Below are positions 19,801 through 29,159 of a stretch of 64,000 nucleotides of DNA, piece after piece. Origin of the DNA: an uncultured Gemmatimonadaceae bacterium. Its GTDB lineage: Bacteria > Gemmatimonadota > Gemmatimonadetes > Gemmatimonadales > Gemmatimonadaceae. The translations under genes were made by a program, and so were the position numbers. The first letter of the stretch is position 1. The number at the start of each line of letters is the position of its first letter. Below the pieces are notes generated by a model. The model did no database searches. It was not told where the DNA came from and was given only the letters and a program-made list of their open reading frames with translations. Where the stretch lies: positions 128,001-192,000 of the forward strand of contig CAVUDW010000002.1 in assembly GCA_963740355.1 (NCBI GenBank), given 5' to 3'.

Positions 19801-21606
19801 TCAAGGTTGTGCGGATGGGATATCGGACGGTTCGAGCTTGTCGAGCGCCTTGCCGAGCAGCCGAGCCAGTCCCAACCACTCGAACACGATCAGCACCATC
19901 GCAACCGCGAGGCAGACTGCAGCGCCGGCACCGATGGGGAATCGGGTGTGTGCGAGGAGCGCGATCCAGAGGCCCCATGCCGCTGCGACCGGTGCCGCGA
20001 GGAGCAGGGCGAGTGAGGCGAGGATCCCAAGCAGCGTGATGTACACCTGACCGACCACAGATGCACCACCGGTGGACGCGCCGCCCTGATTGAGCGGTAC
20101 CCAGGCCGGCAGCCAGAGGGCGACCGCATTGTAGAGCGTGATGTGAAGGAGGTTGATCCCGCCCAGCGCGACCGTGCCACCGAGGATGGCGAAGGCCAGG
20201 CCGGTGCGGCCCACCGGACCGCCGATACCCTGCAGGAGGAAGTAGCCGGGCAAGCCAAATAGGAGCGCCATCGCGACAGTGGTGATCCCGGCCGCGGTGA
20301 GAATCTCGGTGGCGACGATGGTATGGGCGGGCAGCGGCGCCGTCTTGAGGAAGGCGAGGTGCGCGAGATCGTGGCGCAGGTCGAGGCGGAACCAGGCCGG
20401 CGCGGTGAGCACGGCGGCCGCGAAGACGCTCAGGTAGGTGGTCAGGAACGCCGACCGGAGCGACGTGCGGGTGACGTCGAAGCCGTTGTCGCCACGGGAT
20501 GAGGCGACGGCGATGACGACGATGATGGTGACCGCGATGAGAAGCGCTCGGGGGCGGAACGTGCGCATCGCAGCGGTGACGTTCTTCCAGGCGAGCGCGA
20601 CGGCGGGATTGCCGGTGAGGCTGAGGTCCCATCGCAATCGCCCCGGCTTGATGCGCGAGAGCGAGCCGCCGCGGCGCATCTGCGCCACCCGGTCGGCGAA
20701 TCGCGCACTCGAGCCGACGGCCAGTTCCTCGAATGGCTGGGGGTCGCGCAGAATCCAGAGGTAGTGCATCGCCAGCAGCAGCAGGGCTTCCGGCATAGCG
20801 AAGAACCACTCGCGTGCGCCGTGGGCGAAGGCCGGGGCGGTGGTCACGCGGATGGGCCAGACCAGCAGGTGCACGAAGCGATCGTTGAGCAGCGACTGCA
20901 CCGCGACACGGCCGGCGAGCATGCGGTCGAAGACGTGGCTGTTGTCGTACGACGAGAGATCGAGAAAGCTGCGCCACATGGCGATGGCCACCGGCGCGGC
21001 GTGTGCGCAGGCGATGGCGAGCGCCCCGATGTAGAGCACGGCGATGACCTTGGCGACCGGCTTGCGGCGCGGGACGTCAGGGGGATGCGTGCGCGCGAGC
21101 GTTGCGCCGAGGCGATGCAGCGAGACCGTCGTGAAGAGCACCCAGAGGCCGATGGCGCGAAGCACGCCCGGGAGTTCGGCACCGCCGCGGCGCAGCAGCA
21201 GTGTCCAGATCAGCACCTGTGCCAGCAGGACGGCTTGTACGCTGAAGAGCCGCGCCTGCACCAGCGTTCGGCGCTTGACGGGTGCCGGGAAGAGGAAATA
21301 GACCTCGGCGGAGCTGAAGGCGAGGGCGTTGTCGCTGGGCGCGAGCAACCACCAGGCGCCGAGCGCCAGGCTCAGGCCGACGATGGAGAGCAGCTGCCGG
21401 ATGTCGAGCAGGTTGGGATCGAGCGCGACGGTGCTGCGTGCCGACTGCGAGAAGAGCAGCGACGCGACGTACGCCCCCATGGCCAGCGCGCCGACGATGT
21501 AGCGCGGTTGCTTGAGGCGTCGCACTTGCTGCCGCAGGCGATTGCCCCAACTCCGCGAATAGAGGAACCAGAGCGCGCTCCACGGGCGTGCCACGCCAGC
21601 ACTCAC
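19801..21606 (-). CDS. Putative ABC exporter permease
   Basis: Multi-TM 601-aa protein; 'FSSAEVYFLFPAPV' and 'FLKTAPL' motifs; overlaps the ATPase stop. Confidence 0.8.
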   Translation of the reverse strand: MSAGVARPWSALWFLYSRSWGNRLRQQVRRLKQPRYIVGALAMGAYVASLLFSQSARSTVALDPNLLDIRQLLSIVGLSLALGAWWLLAPSDNALAFSSAEVYFLFPAPVKRRTLVQARLFSVQAVLLAQVLIWTLLLRRGGAELPGVLRAIGLWVLFTTVSLHRLGATLARTHPPDVPRRKPVAKVIAVLYIGALAIACAHAAPVAIAMWRSFLDLSSYDNSHVFDRMLAGRVAVQSLLNDRFVHLLVWPIRVTTAPAFAHGAREWFFAMPEALLLLAMHYLWILRDPQPFEELAVGSSARFADRVAQMRRGGSLSRIKPGRLRWDLSLTGNPAVALAWKNVTAAMRTFRPRALLIAVTIIVVIAVASSRGDNGFDVTRTSLRSAFLTTYLSVFAAAVLTAPAWFRLDLRHDLAHLAFLKTAPLPAHTIVATEILTAAGITTVAMALLFGLPGYFLLQGIGGPVGRTGLAFAILGGTVALGGINLLHITLYNAVALWLPAWVPLNQGGASTGGASVVGQVYITLLGILASLALLLAAPVAAAWGLWIALLAHTRFPIGAGAAVCLAVAMVLIVFEWLGLARLLGKALDKLEPSDIPSAQP

Positions 21607-22463
21607 GCGGCGTGACCGGTGGGTGGGGTGGTGGCGGGCGCGACGGGTGGCTCGACGTGCGGTTCTGCAGGGGGCCCCGCCGGTGGCGCGACGGCTGCAG
21701 GTGCCGCGGAAGGTTGCGTGTCGTCGGTGAGCGCGATGAAGAGATCCTCGAGCGACGCGGTCGCCAGCTCGGGGCGAATGGCGCGCAGCTGATCCACGGT
21801 CCCGAGCGCCGCCACCGATCCACGGCGCAGCAGGAGGACTCGCGTGCAGAGTTCCTCGACGAGGTTGAGTAGGTGCGAGCTGAGAATGACTGCCGTGCCA
21901 CGTTCGGCGCGCCGACGGATGGTGTCCTTCATGCGGCGGATACCGGCGGGGTCGAGGCCGGTGAGCGGCTCGTCGAGAATCAGCACGGCGGGGTCGTGCA
22001 GCAGCGCGCAGGCCACGGAGAGCTTCTGCTTCATGCCGCGCGAGAGTTCGCTGGGGAGCACGCCGCGTTTTTCGGTGAGGTCCATTTCCGCCAGCAGTGC
22101 CGGAATCCGGTCAGCCGCGTCGGGCACGCCGTAGAGACGGGCGGTGAAGCGCAGGTGCTCCTCGACGGTGAGGTAGTCGAAGAGGTGCGGTTCATCGGGG
22201 AGGAAGGCGAGCTGCCGTTTGGCGTCGACCGGGTTGGTGGCGAGGTCGAACCCCGCGATGGCCAGGTCCCCCTCGGTGGGCCGGAGGATGCCGGCCAGCG
22301 CCCGCAGCGTGGTGGTCTTGCCGGCGCCGTTGGGTCCGACCAGGCCGAGGATTTCGCCCGGCGGGACCTCGAGGCTGAGGCCGCTGACGGCGGTGACGGT
22401 GCCGTAGCGCTTGCTGAAGTTCCGGACGAGGATGGCGGCGGGAACGGTTGGGGGTGGGGCCAT
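21603..22463 (-). CDS. ABC transporter ATP-binding protein
   Basis: 'GPNGAGKTT', 'LSRGMKQK', 'ILDEP', 'SSH'. Confidence 0.92.
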   Translation of the reverse strand: MAPPPTVPAAILVRNFSKRYGTVTAVSGLSLEVPPGEILGLVGPNGAGKTTTLRALAGILRPTEGDLAIAGFDLATNPVDAKRQLAFLPDEPHLFDYLTVEEHLRFTARLYGVPDAADRIPALLAEMDLTEKRGVLPSELSRGMKQKLSVACALLHDPAVLILDEPLTGLDPAGIRRMKDTIRRRAERGTAVILSSHLLNLVEELCTRVLLLRRGSVAALGTVDQLRAIRPELATASLEDLFIALTDDTQPSAAPAAVAPPAGPPAEPHVEPPVAPATTPPTGHAA

Positions 22464-22496
22464 GGGGGCGAAGGGTGGCCGGACCCGGGTGCGCAG

Positions 22497-22524
22497 GCAA
22501 GCCCGGAGGGGGAGCGACCGATAC
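22497..22524 (+). promoter_or_regulatory. Putative sigma28 promoter of EAL-HDOD gene
   Basis: GCAAG-N15-ACCGATAC. Confidence 0.5.
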
Positions 22525-22596
22525 TCGAAAGCACGTCTCTCGTCCGAGCTGCCCACTGGCGGCTTCGGAACCGTCGTCCCGCCTGCCGACTCCTCC

Positions 22597-23811
22597 ATGT
22601 CTGACGCCATTGTTGCCCGCCAGCCGATTTTCGATGACCGACAAAAGCTGGTCGGCTTCGAGCTGTTGTATCGACACGCTGAGGACGCGACGTCGGCGCG
22701 CGGCGCCACTCCAACGATCATGGCCTCGTCCACGGTCGTGCAGGCGGTGCTGGGCATCGGCCTCGAACGCCTGACGGAGGGTGAGCGGGTCTGGATCAAC
22801 CTGTCCCGCGACCTGATCGTCGAACGGGCGTGGGAGTTGCTCGATCCGAAGGCCGTGGTGCTCGAGATTCTCGAAAGTGTGGAGCCGGACGCGGAGGTGA
22901 TCGCCGCCTGCGCCGATGCCAAGAAGCGCGGCTACCAGTTGGCATTGGATGACTTCGTGTGGGACGAGAAGTGGGTGCCGCTGCTCGAGATGGCCTCGAT
23001 GGTGAAGGTGGATGTGCAGGGACGCACGATGGAGGAGCTGAAGCCGCTGGTCGCCAAGTTGAAGACGTTCGGCGTGAAGCTGCTGGCCGAGCGTGTCGAG
23101 ACGGATCGAGTGCGCTCCGAGTGCGCGTCGATCGGCTTCACGTTGTTCCAGGGTTATTTCTACTGCCAGCCGGAAACGGTGGTGAAGCGTGACTTGTCCG
23201 CCGCCGAGTCGAGCGCGTTGCAGCTGCTGAACCTGGTGCGGAACGAGAAGACCCCGACGGCCCAGGTCGAAGCGGGCATCAAGCGCGATCCGGCGATGAC
23301 CTTCAAGCTGCTGCGCATCGTGAACAGCGCGGCGATGGGCTTCAACGGCATCGAGTCGATTCCACACGCGCTGCGCCTGTTGGGCCGCACGCAGCTGGAA
23401 CGCTGGCTGACGTTGTTGGTGATGGCGAGCTTTTCGTCCGGTGGCGCGCGCCAGCGTGAGTTGTTCAAGCTCAGTCTCACGCGCGCCCGCCTGCTGGAGC
23501 TGATGAGCGACGCAAGCGATCGTGACCAGCGATTCCTGGTAGGGATGTTCTCGATGCTGCACGTCCTGCTGCAGGCGCCGATGAAAGACGTGATCGCCAC
23601 GCTGCAGCTTTCGCAGTCGGTGTCGGATGCGCTGCTCGAGCGGAAGGGTCCGCACGGTGCATTGCTGGCTGGCCTCGAGGCGTACGAAGTCGGCGACTGG
23701 GACCGTGTCGAGCTGGTGACCGGCAACGACGATCGCGCCCTGGTGCAGATCGCGGCGCACTATCCGGCGGCGCTGGGCTGGGCGATCGAGCAGGTCAAGA
23801 CGACGGGCTGA
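22597..23811 (+). CDS. EAL + HDOD domain protein (YuxH/PdeH-like c-di-GMP phosphodiesterase)
   Basis: 'VARQPIFD...GFELLYR', 'LEILE', 'ALDDF', 'LAERVET', 'FQGYFY'; HDOD 'DPAMTFKLLRIVNSA'. Confidence 0.9.
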   Translation: MSDAIVARQPIFDDRQKLVGFELLYRHAEDATSARGATPTIMASSTVVQAVLGIGLERLTEGERVWINLSRDLIVERAWELLDPKAVVLEILESVEPDAEVIAACADAKKRGYQLALDDFVWDEKWVPLLEMASMVKVDVQGRTMEELKPLVAKLKTFGVKLLAERVETDRVRSECASIGFTLFQGYFYCQPETVVKRDLSAAESSALQLLNLVRNEKTPTAQVEAGIKRDPAMTFKLLRIVNSAAMGFNGIESIPHALRLLGRTQLERWLTLLVMASFSSGGARQRELFKLSLTRARLLELMSDASDRDQRFLVGMFSMLHVLLQAPMKDVIATLQLSQSVSDALLERKGPHGALLAGLEAYEVGDWDRVELVTGNDDRALVQIAAHYPAALGWAIEQVKTTG

Positions 23812-23819
23812 TCATTCTG

Positions 23820-24029
23820 CGGCAAACTGCCACTGCCAAACGCAGAGACGCAGAGGCGCAGAGGGTTCAACCGCGGGGACGGCTTCGATGCACGTCTGGC
23901 AATGGCGGTGGTTTTGGGAACAGCAACGGCAACAGCAACAGCATAACGCAGAACTGAACAGCCGCAGAAGGGAACTGCCGCAGAAGAGCGAACGGCCACT
24001 GCTAAACGCAGTGGCGCGGAGGCGCAGAG
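23820..24029. repeat. Repeat-rich intergenic region, left of IS
   Basis: (R)CGCAGAG 8-bp periodic element at 23838-23863 and 24004-24029; CAACRG microrepeats; 23944-23969 is the exact reverse complement of 25430-25455. Confidence 0.75.
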
Positions 24030-25302
24030 TGTCACGTCCTGATTAGCGTCTACACGTCCCCCGCCGTTGGAGACGTAGACCCATGGCCCGATCGTTTCAC
24101 CAGTACAGTCCGGACTTGAAGCAGCGGCTCGTCGAGGAGATTGAGGGCGGGCATCTGTCGATGCGCGAAGCCGCGCGGGATGCGCAGACCACCGTGGCCA
24201 TGGTGCAGACCTGGCTGCGGGAGTACGGCCGGTTCCAGCCGAAACGCGACATCGTGGAGGTGGTCATGAAGAGCGAGCAGGATCGGATTGCGGCGTTGGA
24301 GAAGGCCCTGGCCGAGGCGCATCTCAAGCTGCAGGTGTTCGACGAGCTGATCACCCAGGCGAACAAACACTACAAGATCGACATCAAAAAAAACTTTGGT
24401 ACGCCGCCGCTGCCGTCCTCTGCGCCCCGGCCGACACCGCGCACACCGTCGCCGGGGTCTGCCGCACGCTCGGCTGCACCCGCGACGCCTACTACAAGCG
24501 ACAGCGCCGCGGGAGCGACGCAGACACCGACCCGGACGCCGCGGTGATCGCGCAGGTCGATGCCCTCCGCCGCGTCCAGCCGCGCGTCGGGACGCGGAAG
24601 CTGCACGACGCCCTCACGACCGCAGGGGTGACCGTGGGGCGGGACCGCCTGTTCACGGTGCTCCGCACCACGGGGCGCCTCGTGGCCCGGAAGCGCCGCG
24701 CCACGCAGACGACGTATGCGCACCATCCCTACGTCGTGGCGCCCAATCGCCTCAAGACGCTCACCGTCACCGGCGCGCGCCAGGTCGTCGTGAGCGACAT
24801 CACGTACCTGCGGCTCGAGCACGGCGCGTTTGCGTACCTGTTTCTTGTCACCGACCTGTACGCGCGCCACATCGTCGGCTGGCATCTTCGCACCGATCTC
24901 TCGCCGCAGGGCGCGCTGCAGGCGCTCGCGGCCGCGCAGCAGACGCTGGGTGACTGTCAGGGCATCGTGCACCACTCGGATCGCGGCAGTCAGTATTGCT
25001 GCCACGCGTACGTCCAGCAGCTGCACGCCCATCGCATGCTCCCGAGCACGACGGACGGCGCCCACTGCTATCAGAATGCGGTCGCCGAACGCGTGAACGG
25101 CATCCTGAAAGATGAATTCGACCTCGATGCCGTCTTCCCCTCGCTGGCCGACGCGCGCGCGGCGGTCACCCACGCGGTCACGATCTACAACACCGTCCGC
25201 ACGCACTGGAGTCTCGCGCTCCAAACCCCGCACGCCGTGTTTCACCAGGCGGCCTAACCCAGACCGCCTGCACCCTGTGTAGACATTATTTAGGACTAGA
25301 CA
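24030..25302 (+). mobile_element. IS3-family insertion sequence (1273 bp)
   Basis: TG...CA ends; 26-bp imperfect IRs TGTCACGTCCTGATTAGCGTCTACAC vs TGTCTAGTCCTAAATAATGTCTACAC (20/26); orfA/orfB with A8 frameshift site; no target duplication visible. Confidence 0.93.
24083..25257 (+). CDS. IS3 transposase OrfAB (-1 programmed frameshift at A8, 24386-24393)
   Basis: OrfA HTH (24083-24547); the -1 frame is open from the A8 run ('KKLWY...VCRTLGCTRDAYYK') into the DDE domain ('VSDITY', 'HHSDRGSQY', 'NAVAERVNGILKDE'). Confidence 0.9.
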
Positions 25303-25470
25303 CTGCGTTTTGCCGTGGCAGTTTTGCGGCCGTGCGCACTTTTGCGGCTGTCGCAGTATCCCGGTGCTGTTTTGCGTCAACTCAGTTCAGCCGTAGCAGT
25401 TGAGCAGTGGCTCTTCCGCGGCTGTTCAGTTCTGCGGCTGTTCAGTTCTGCGTTAAGGCAGTTGCACGTG
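25303..25470. repeat. Repeat-rich intergenic region, right of IS
   Basis: Tandem GCGGCTGTTCAGTTCT units; inverted relative to 23944-23969. Confidence 0.7.
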
Positions 25471-25488
25471 CTGCAGTGCGACGCGAGT

Positions 25489-26325
25489 TCAGCTCTTGAC
25501 GGGCGGCGGTGCGGCCGCGGCGCTGGAGTCGGGGGCGTTCTCGTCGTCGAAGGCGCGGAACGGCAGGAAGAGCGAGATGCGCCGATTGGTGGGGTCGTAC
25601 GGATTGTCCGGGTTGCGCAGGTCGCGATCCGCGAGGCCACGCACCTGCACCAGGCGATCGTTCGGGATCCCGGCGGCCTTCACCACACGCCGGGCTGCGT
25701 TGGCGCGATCGGCGCTCAACTCCCAGTTCGTGTATGAGCCGCCTTCGCCGAAGGGCGCACCGTCCGTATGCCCCTCGAGGATGATCGGATTCGAGAGCAA
25801 CGCGATCTCTTCGGCGATGAGCGCGATGGCCGTGACGGCCTTCGGCCGGAGGATCGCCGACCCGGTCGGGAAGAAGTCGTCACCACTGCCCTTCTCCACC
25901 AGCTCGATGCGCAGACCATCCTTGGTGATGATCACCTCGATGGAATTCTTCAGTCCCTGCAACGCGGGATTGCTGTCGATGCGGGCAGCGATGCGTTTTT
26001 GGAAGTCGCGAAACTGCTGCTCTTCCGCCTTTCGCACGATCAGCTTGAGCGCGTTCTTCGACACGCGTGCCGGTGAGGATCCAGCGGCCACCGGTGACGC
26101 GCCGCCGCTGTAGCCCTTCTTCTTGCCGACGGGGTTGTCGAAGTAGCCCTCGACGGCGCGCTTGGTTTCGGGGTCGAGCCCCACCAGCCAGAGCACCATG
26201 AAGAAGGCCATCATGGCGGTCACGAAGTCGGCGTACGCCAGTTTCCAGGCGCCGCCGTGGTGGCCACCGTGGCCACCACTCTTCTTCTTGACGATGACGA
26301 TCTTCTTGCCGTCCTTGGCTGCCAT
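25489..26325 (-). CDS. motB: Flagellar stator protein MotB
   Basis: 'AWKLAYADFVTAMMAFF'; OmpA-like 'EGHTD...NWELSADRA...NRRI'. Confidence 0.95.
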   Translation of the reverse strand: MAAKDGKKIVIVKKKSGGHGGHHGGAWKLAYADFVTAMMAFFMVLWLVGLDPETKRAVEGYFDNPVGKKKGYSGGASPVAAGSSPARVSKNALKLIVRKAEEQQFRDFQKRIAARIDSNPALQGLKNSIEVIITKDGLRIELVEKGSGDDFFPTGSAILRPKAVTAIALIAEEIALLSNPIILEGHTDGAPFGEGGSYTNWELSADRANAARRVVKAAGIPNDRLVQVRGLADRDLRNPDNPYDPTNRRISLFLPFRAFDDENAPDSSAAAAPPPVKS

Positions 26326-27185
26326 TACGCAGCCTTCGCCGCTTTCGCGAGTTCTTCGAGCTCGGCGAAGGTGGGACGATCGCCTGGCTCGATGTTGCGG
26401 CGGGCGAACTCGACGGCGGTCATCGGCGCGTCACCGCGCGCGAAGCTCAATAGCGCGGTCTTGATGCACATCAGGTACGCGTGTTCGCTCGCATTCCGCA
26501 TTTCGATCGATTTCGCGATCGGGCCGAAGAGGCCGTAACACAACAGAATGCCGATGAATGTCCCCACGAGTGCGGCGGCCACCTTGGCGCCGATTTCTGC
26601 CGGTGGGCCACCGATGGCGCCCATCGTGATGATGACGCCGAGCACGGCGGCCACGATGCCGAAGGCCGGCATGGCGTCGCCAACGCCGGCGATCGCGCCG
26701 GGAACGAGGCTCGCCTCGTGATGGTGCTGATCGAGATCCATGTCGAGGATCTCAGCCAGGTTGTGATCTTCAATGGTCCCGGTGAGCAGCACCTTGAGCG
26801 TGTCGGCCAGCAAGGACACGGCATGATGGTGATGCATGAAGCCGGGATACTTGCTGAAGATGTCGCTCTTCTCGGGCTCCTCGATGTGCGACTCGAGACC
26901 CACCAGGCCATCCTTGCGGGCCTTGTTGAAGATCTGGAAGAGCACCTGCAGCAACTCGCCGTACGCCTTCTTGTCGAACGGGTTCGGCTTCAGCAGTCCC
27001 ATCACGCCCGCTGCGATAGCCTTCAGCACGGCGGGAGGATTGGCCATGATCATGGAGCCGATGCCGGCACCAAGTATGATGATGAACTCGGTGGGTTGCC
27101 AGAGCACGCCAATCTTGCCATGGTGCATCATGTATCCGCCAATGACGGATCCGACGACAACCACGAGACCGATGATCAGGAACAC
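26325..27185 (-). CDS. motA: Flagellar stator protein MotA
   Basis: 'ARKDGLVGLE', 'MPAFGIVAAVLG', 'ALVGTFIGI'. Confidence 0.95.
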   Translation of the reverse strand: MFLIIGLVVVVGSVIGGYMMHHGKIGVLWQPTEFIIILGAGIGSMIMANPPAVLKAIAAGVMGLLKPNPFDKKAYGELLQVLFQIFNKARKDGLVGLESHIEEPEKSDIFSKYPGFMHHHHAVSLLADTLKVLLTGTIEDHNLAEILDMDLDQHHHEASLVPGAIAGVGDAMPAFGIVAAVLGVIITMGAIGGPPAEIGAKVAAALVGTFIGILLCYGLFGPIAKSIEMRNASEHAYLMCIKTALLSFARGDAPMTAVEFARRNIEPGDRPTFAELEELAKAAKAA

Positions 27186-27243
27186 GGGAGATAAGTCCAG
27201 GCAAAGGGTCAGCGGACGACCCGAGGTCGCCTTCCGTGTGGGA

Positions 27244-27271
27244 GTATCGGCCGGTTCTCACGCGGTCTGGA
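27244..27271 (-). promoter_or_regulatory. Putative sigma28 promoter of motAB
   Basis: TCCAG-N15-GCCGATAC on the minus strand. Confidence 0.55.
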
Positions 27272-27293
27272 CTGTAGGCCGGAGGGCGGCACC

Positions 27294-28031
27294 ATGAGCA
27301 TCGTCGTGGCACCCACTGGCCCGAGCACACCGGGCAGCGTCCGTGAACCGATGTGGTCCGACGTGCAGGGCTGGTTCGAGACCATCGACGCCATCATCCG
27401 CGGCTTGGGCCACGGTCTCAACAACCGCGCCCTCGCCCTCAGTGCCACCATCGAGTCGCTCGACCCGAAGCGCCCTGTGGGCCAGCACATCGGCAACGCC
27501 CTGACCCGTGAATCGGAACGGCTGACCGAGCAATTGCGACAGCTGCGCGCCCTGCCCTTCGCGATCGAGCGGGAGCCCATGCCCCTGCTGCTGCGCGATG
27601 TGCTGACCGCCGCCATGCAGCTGCACCGCTCCCATGCCAGTCTCGGTGATGTTCCGGTGTATCTGGAGGGGTCGGTGGACGCACCGCCGGTGCTCGCACC
27701 GGAGTCGGCGCTGCTGCATGCGACGCTGGTGACGCTGACGTCGTTGAAGCAGTTCGCCGCGCCCGGCGGGTTGGTGCGGCTGACGTTTTCCGGGACACCG
27801 GATCAGGTGGAGATCGTGCTGATGGCGCAGCGCGACCCGGGTGATGAACGCGCGACCATCGCATCGGACCTGCTGGTGAAACCGACGGCGCTGGCGGCAG
27901 CGCTCCTCGCCGGGTCGTCGCTCGAGATCGACCAGCGGATCGGGCTGACGACCGCGTCGGTGACCTGGACCCTGCCCAGCCTGCGCGAAATGCGGCGACG
28001 GGCCCGTGAAGCGAAGGCGCTGGCCGGCTGA
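27294..28031 (+). CDS. Histidine-kinase-derived protein, ChpT-like (H-box present, ATPase motifs degenerate)
   Basis: 'IIRGLGHGLNNRA' resembles an H-box; the region expected to carry N/G1/G2 boxes reads 'LLHATLVTL...APGGLVRL' with no DxGxG or GxGLG; no sensor domain. Confidence 0.55.
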   Translation: MSIVVAPTGPSTPGSVREPMWSDVQGWFETIDAIIRGLGHGLNNRALALSATIESLDPKRPVGQHIGNALTRESERLTEQLRQLRALPFAIEREPMPLLLRDVLTAAMQLHRSHASLGDVPVYLEGSVDAPPVLAPESALLHATLVTLTSLKQFAAPGGLVRLTFSGTPDQVEIVLMAQRDPGDERATIASDLLVKPTALAAALLAGSSLEIDQRIGLTTASVTWTLPSLREMRRRAREAKALAG

Positions 28032-28047
28032 TTCTGGCTGGCGATCC

Positions 28048-28163
28048 CGGCGCAAACTGCCGGACGAGCGGCAAGACCCGCCGACCTGAACGGTGATTCG
28101 AGGGAGAGCTGAATTCTCAACTCGTTGCAATACAACTGTTTACGACATGGCATGGGGGGTGCT
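28048..28163 (+). promoter_or_regulatory. sigma54 promoter A with enhancer boxes and 25-bp box
   Basis: CGGC-N7-GCCG at 28048-28062 and 28069-28083; 25-bp box 28118-28142; TGGCATGGGGGGTGCT (GG-N10-GC) at 28148-28163. Confidence 0.75.
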
Positions 28164-28207
28164 TTGGGCGAGGGGACACCCGATCGCTCACGGATCAGAG
28201 GATTCCC

Positions 28208-29159
28208 ATGTCTATGCCCAACGTCGTGCACCCGTGGTCTACCAGCCCGGCATCGTTCATCACTCCCTTCCCGGATGTGATCGTGTCGTCGGCCGAACCC
28301 GAGGTCACGACCGACGTCGCCCCGATTGCCCAGGCGCTGTTCACGGCCGGCTACCAGTCGGCGGCAATCGCGCTGGCCGAAGCGAGTCCGGACGAGATAC
28401 TGCACGGCATCGCGGCCGGCTGGCGGATGATCGTCGCGGCTGATGCCGCGCTGGCCGAGCAGATCGGCCGCGGCGGTGGGCGTGCTGATTCCATCGCTGC
28501 CGATGCGAAAGGACGGTTCGCCACGGTTCGTGGTGCAGATCCATGACGCCGACACCGCAGTCGCCGCCATCGCGCAGGAACAGGGCGATAGCGGCGTGGA
28601 CGCGGAGATGCGGCTCTTCCTCGACGAAGCGCTGCGCGATGGGGACCGGTTTGTGGACGCATCGCCGAGCGCCGGATTTGCCGCGTTGAGTGCGGCGAGC
28701 GGCGCGGCGGTGACGAGCGTGATCGTGCTCTGCGAGGACGCTGAGCAGTGTGCGGCGATCGAGGCCAGCGCGCGCTGGAGTGATCTGTCGGCAAGCGTCA
28801 CTGCACGCGAAGGCGTCTCGCTGGACGCCGTGCCGTTCGGCGCGGCTGTCGAGGGTGCCTCGACTATTCTCCACGCCGGCAGTGCGGCGGCCGTGGCTCC
28901 GCTGCTGCGCACCGCGCGGGGCGCGTTGGAACGGAGAGAGATCGGCGCGGTGGCCTGGCGCTGTGGACGCGCAGACGAATCGGGCCGCGATGCGGAGAAT
29001 CTGCAGGTCGCGGCGGCGGTGCTCGGCGTGTTCGGCTTCATCCACTTCGCACTCGCGGAAGGGGCGAACGGGACCGAGCTCGTTCCAGCCGAGGCGATGG
29101 CGAGCAATGAGATGATCTTCTCGATCGAGCCGAGCTTCCTGGCGCGGTTCGCGTCATGA
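28208..29159 (+). pseudogene. FkbM-methyltransferase-like protein split by a one-base insertion near 28466 (possibly an assembly error)
   Basis: ORFs 28208-28546 and 28443-29159 fuse into 316 aa if GATCGGCC is read GATCGCC; 'FLDEALRDGDRFVDASPSAGF' resembles a degenerate FkbM motif. Confidence 0.55.
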
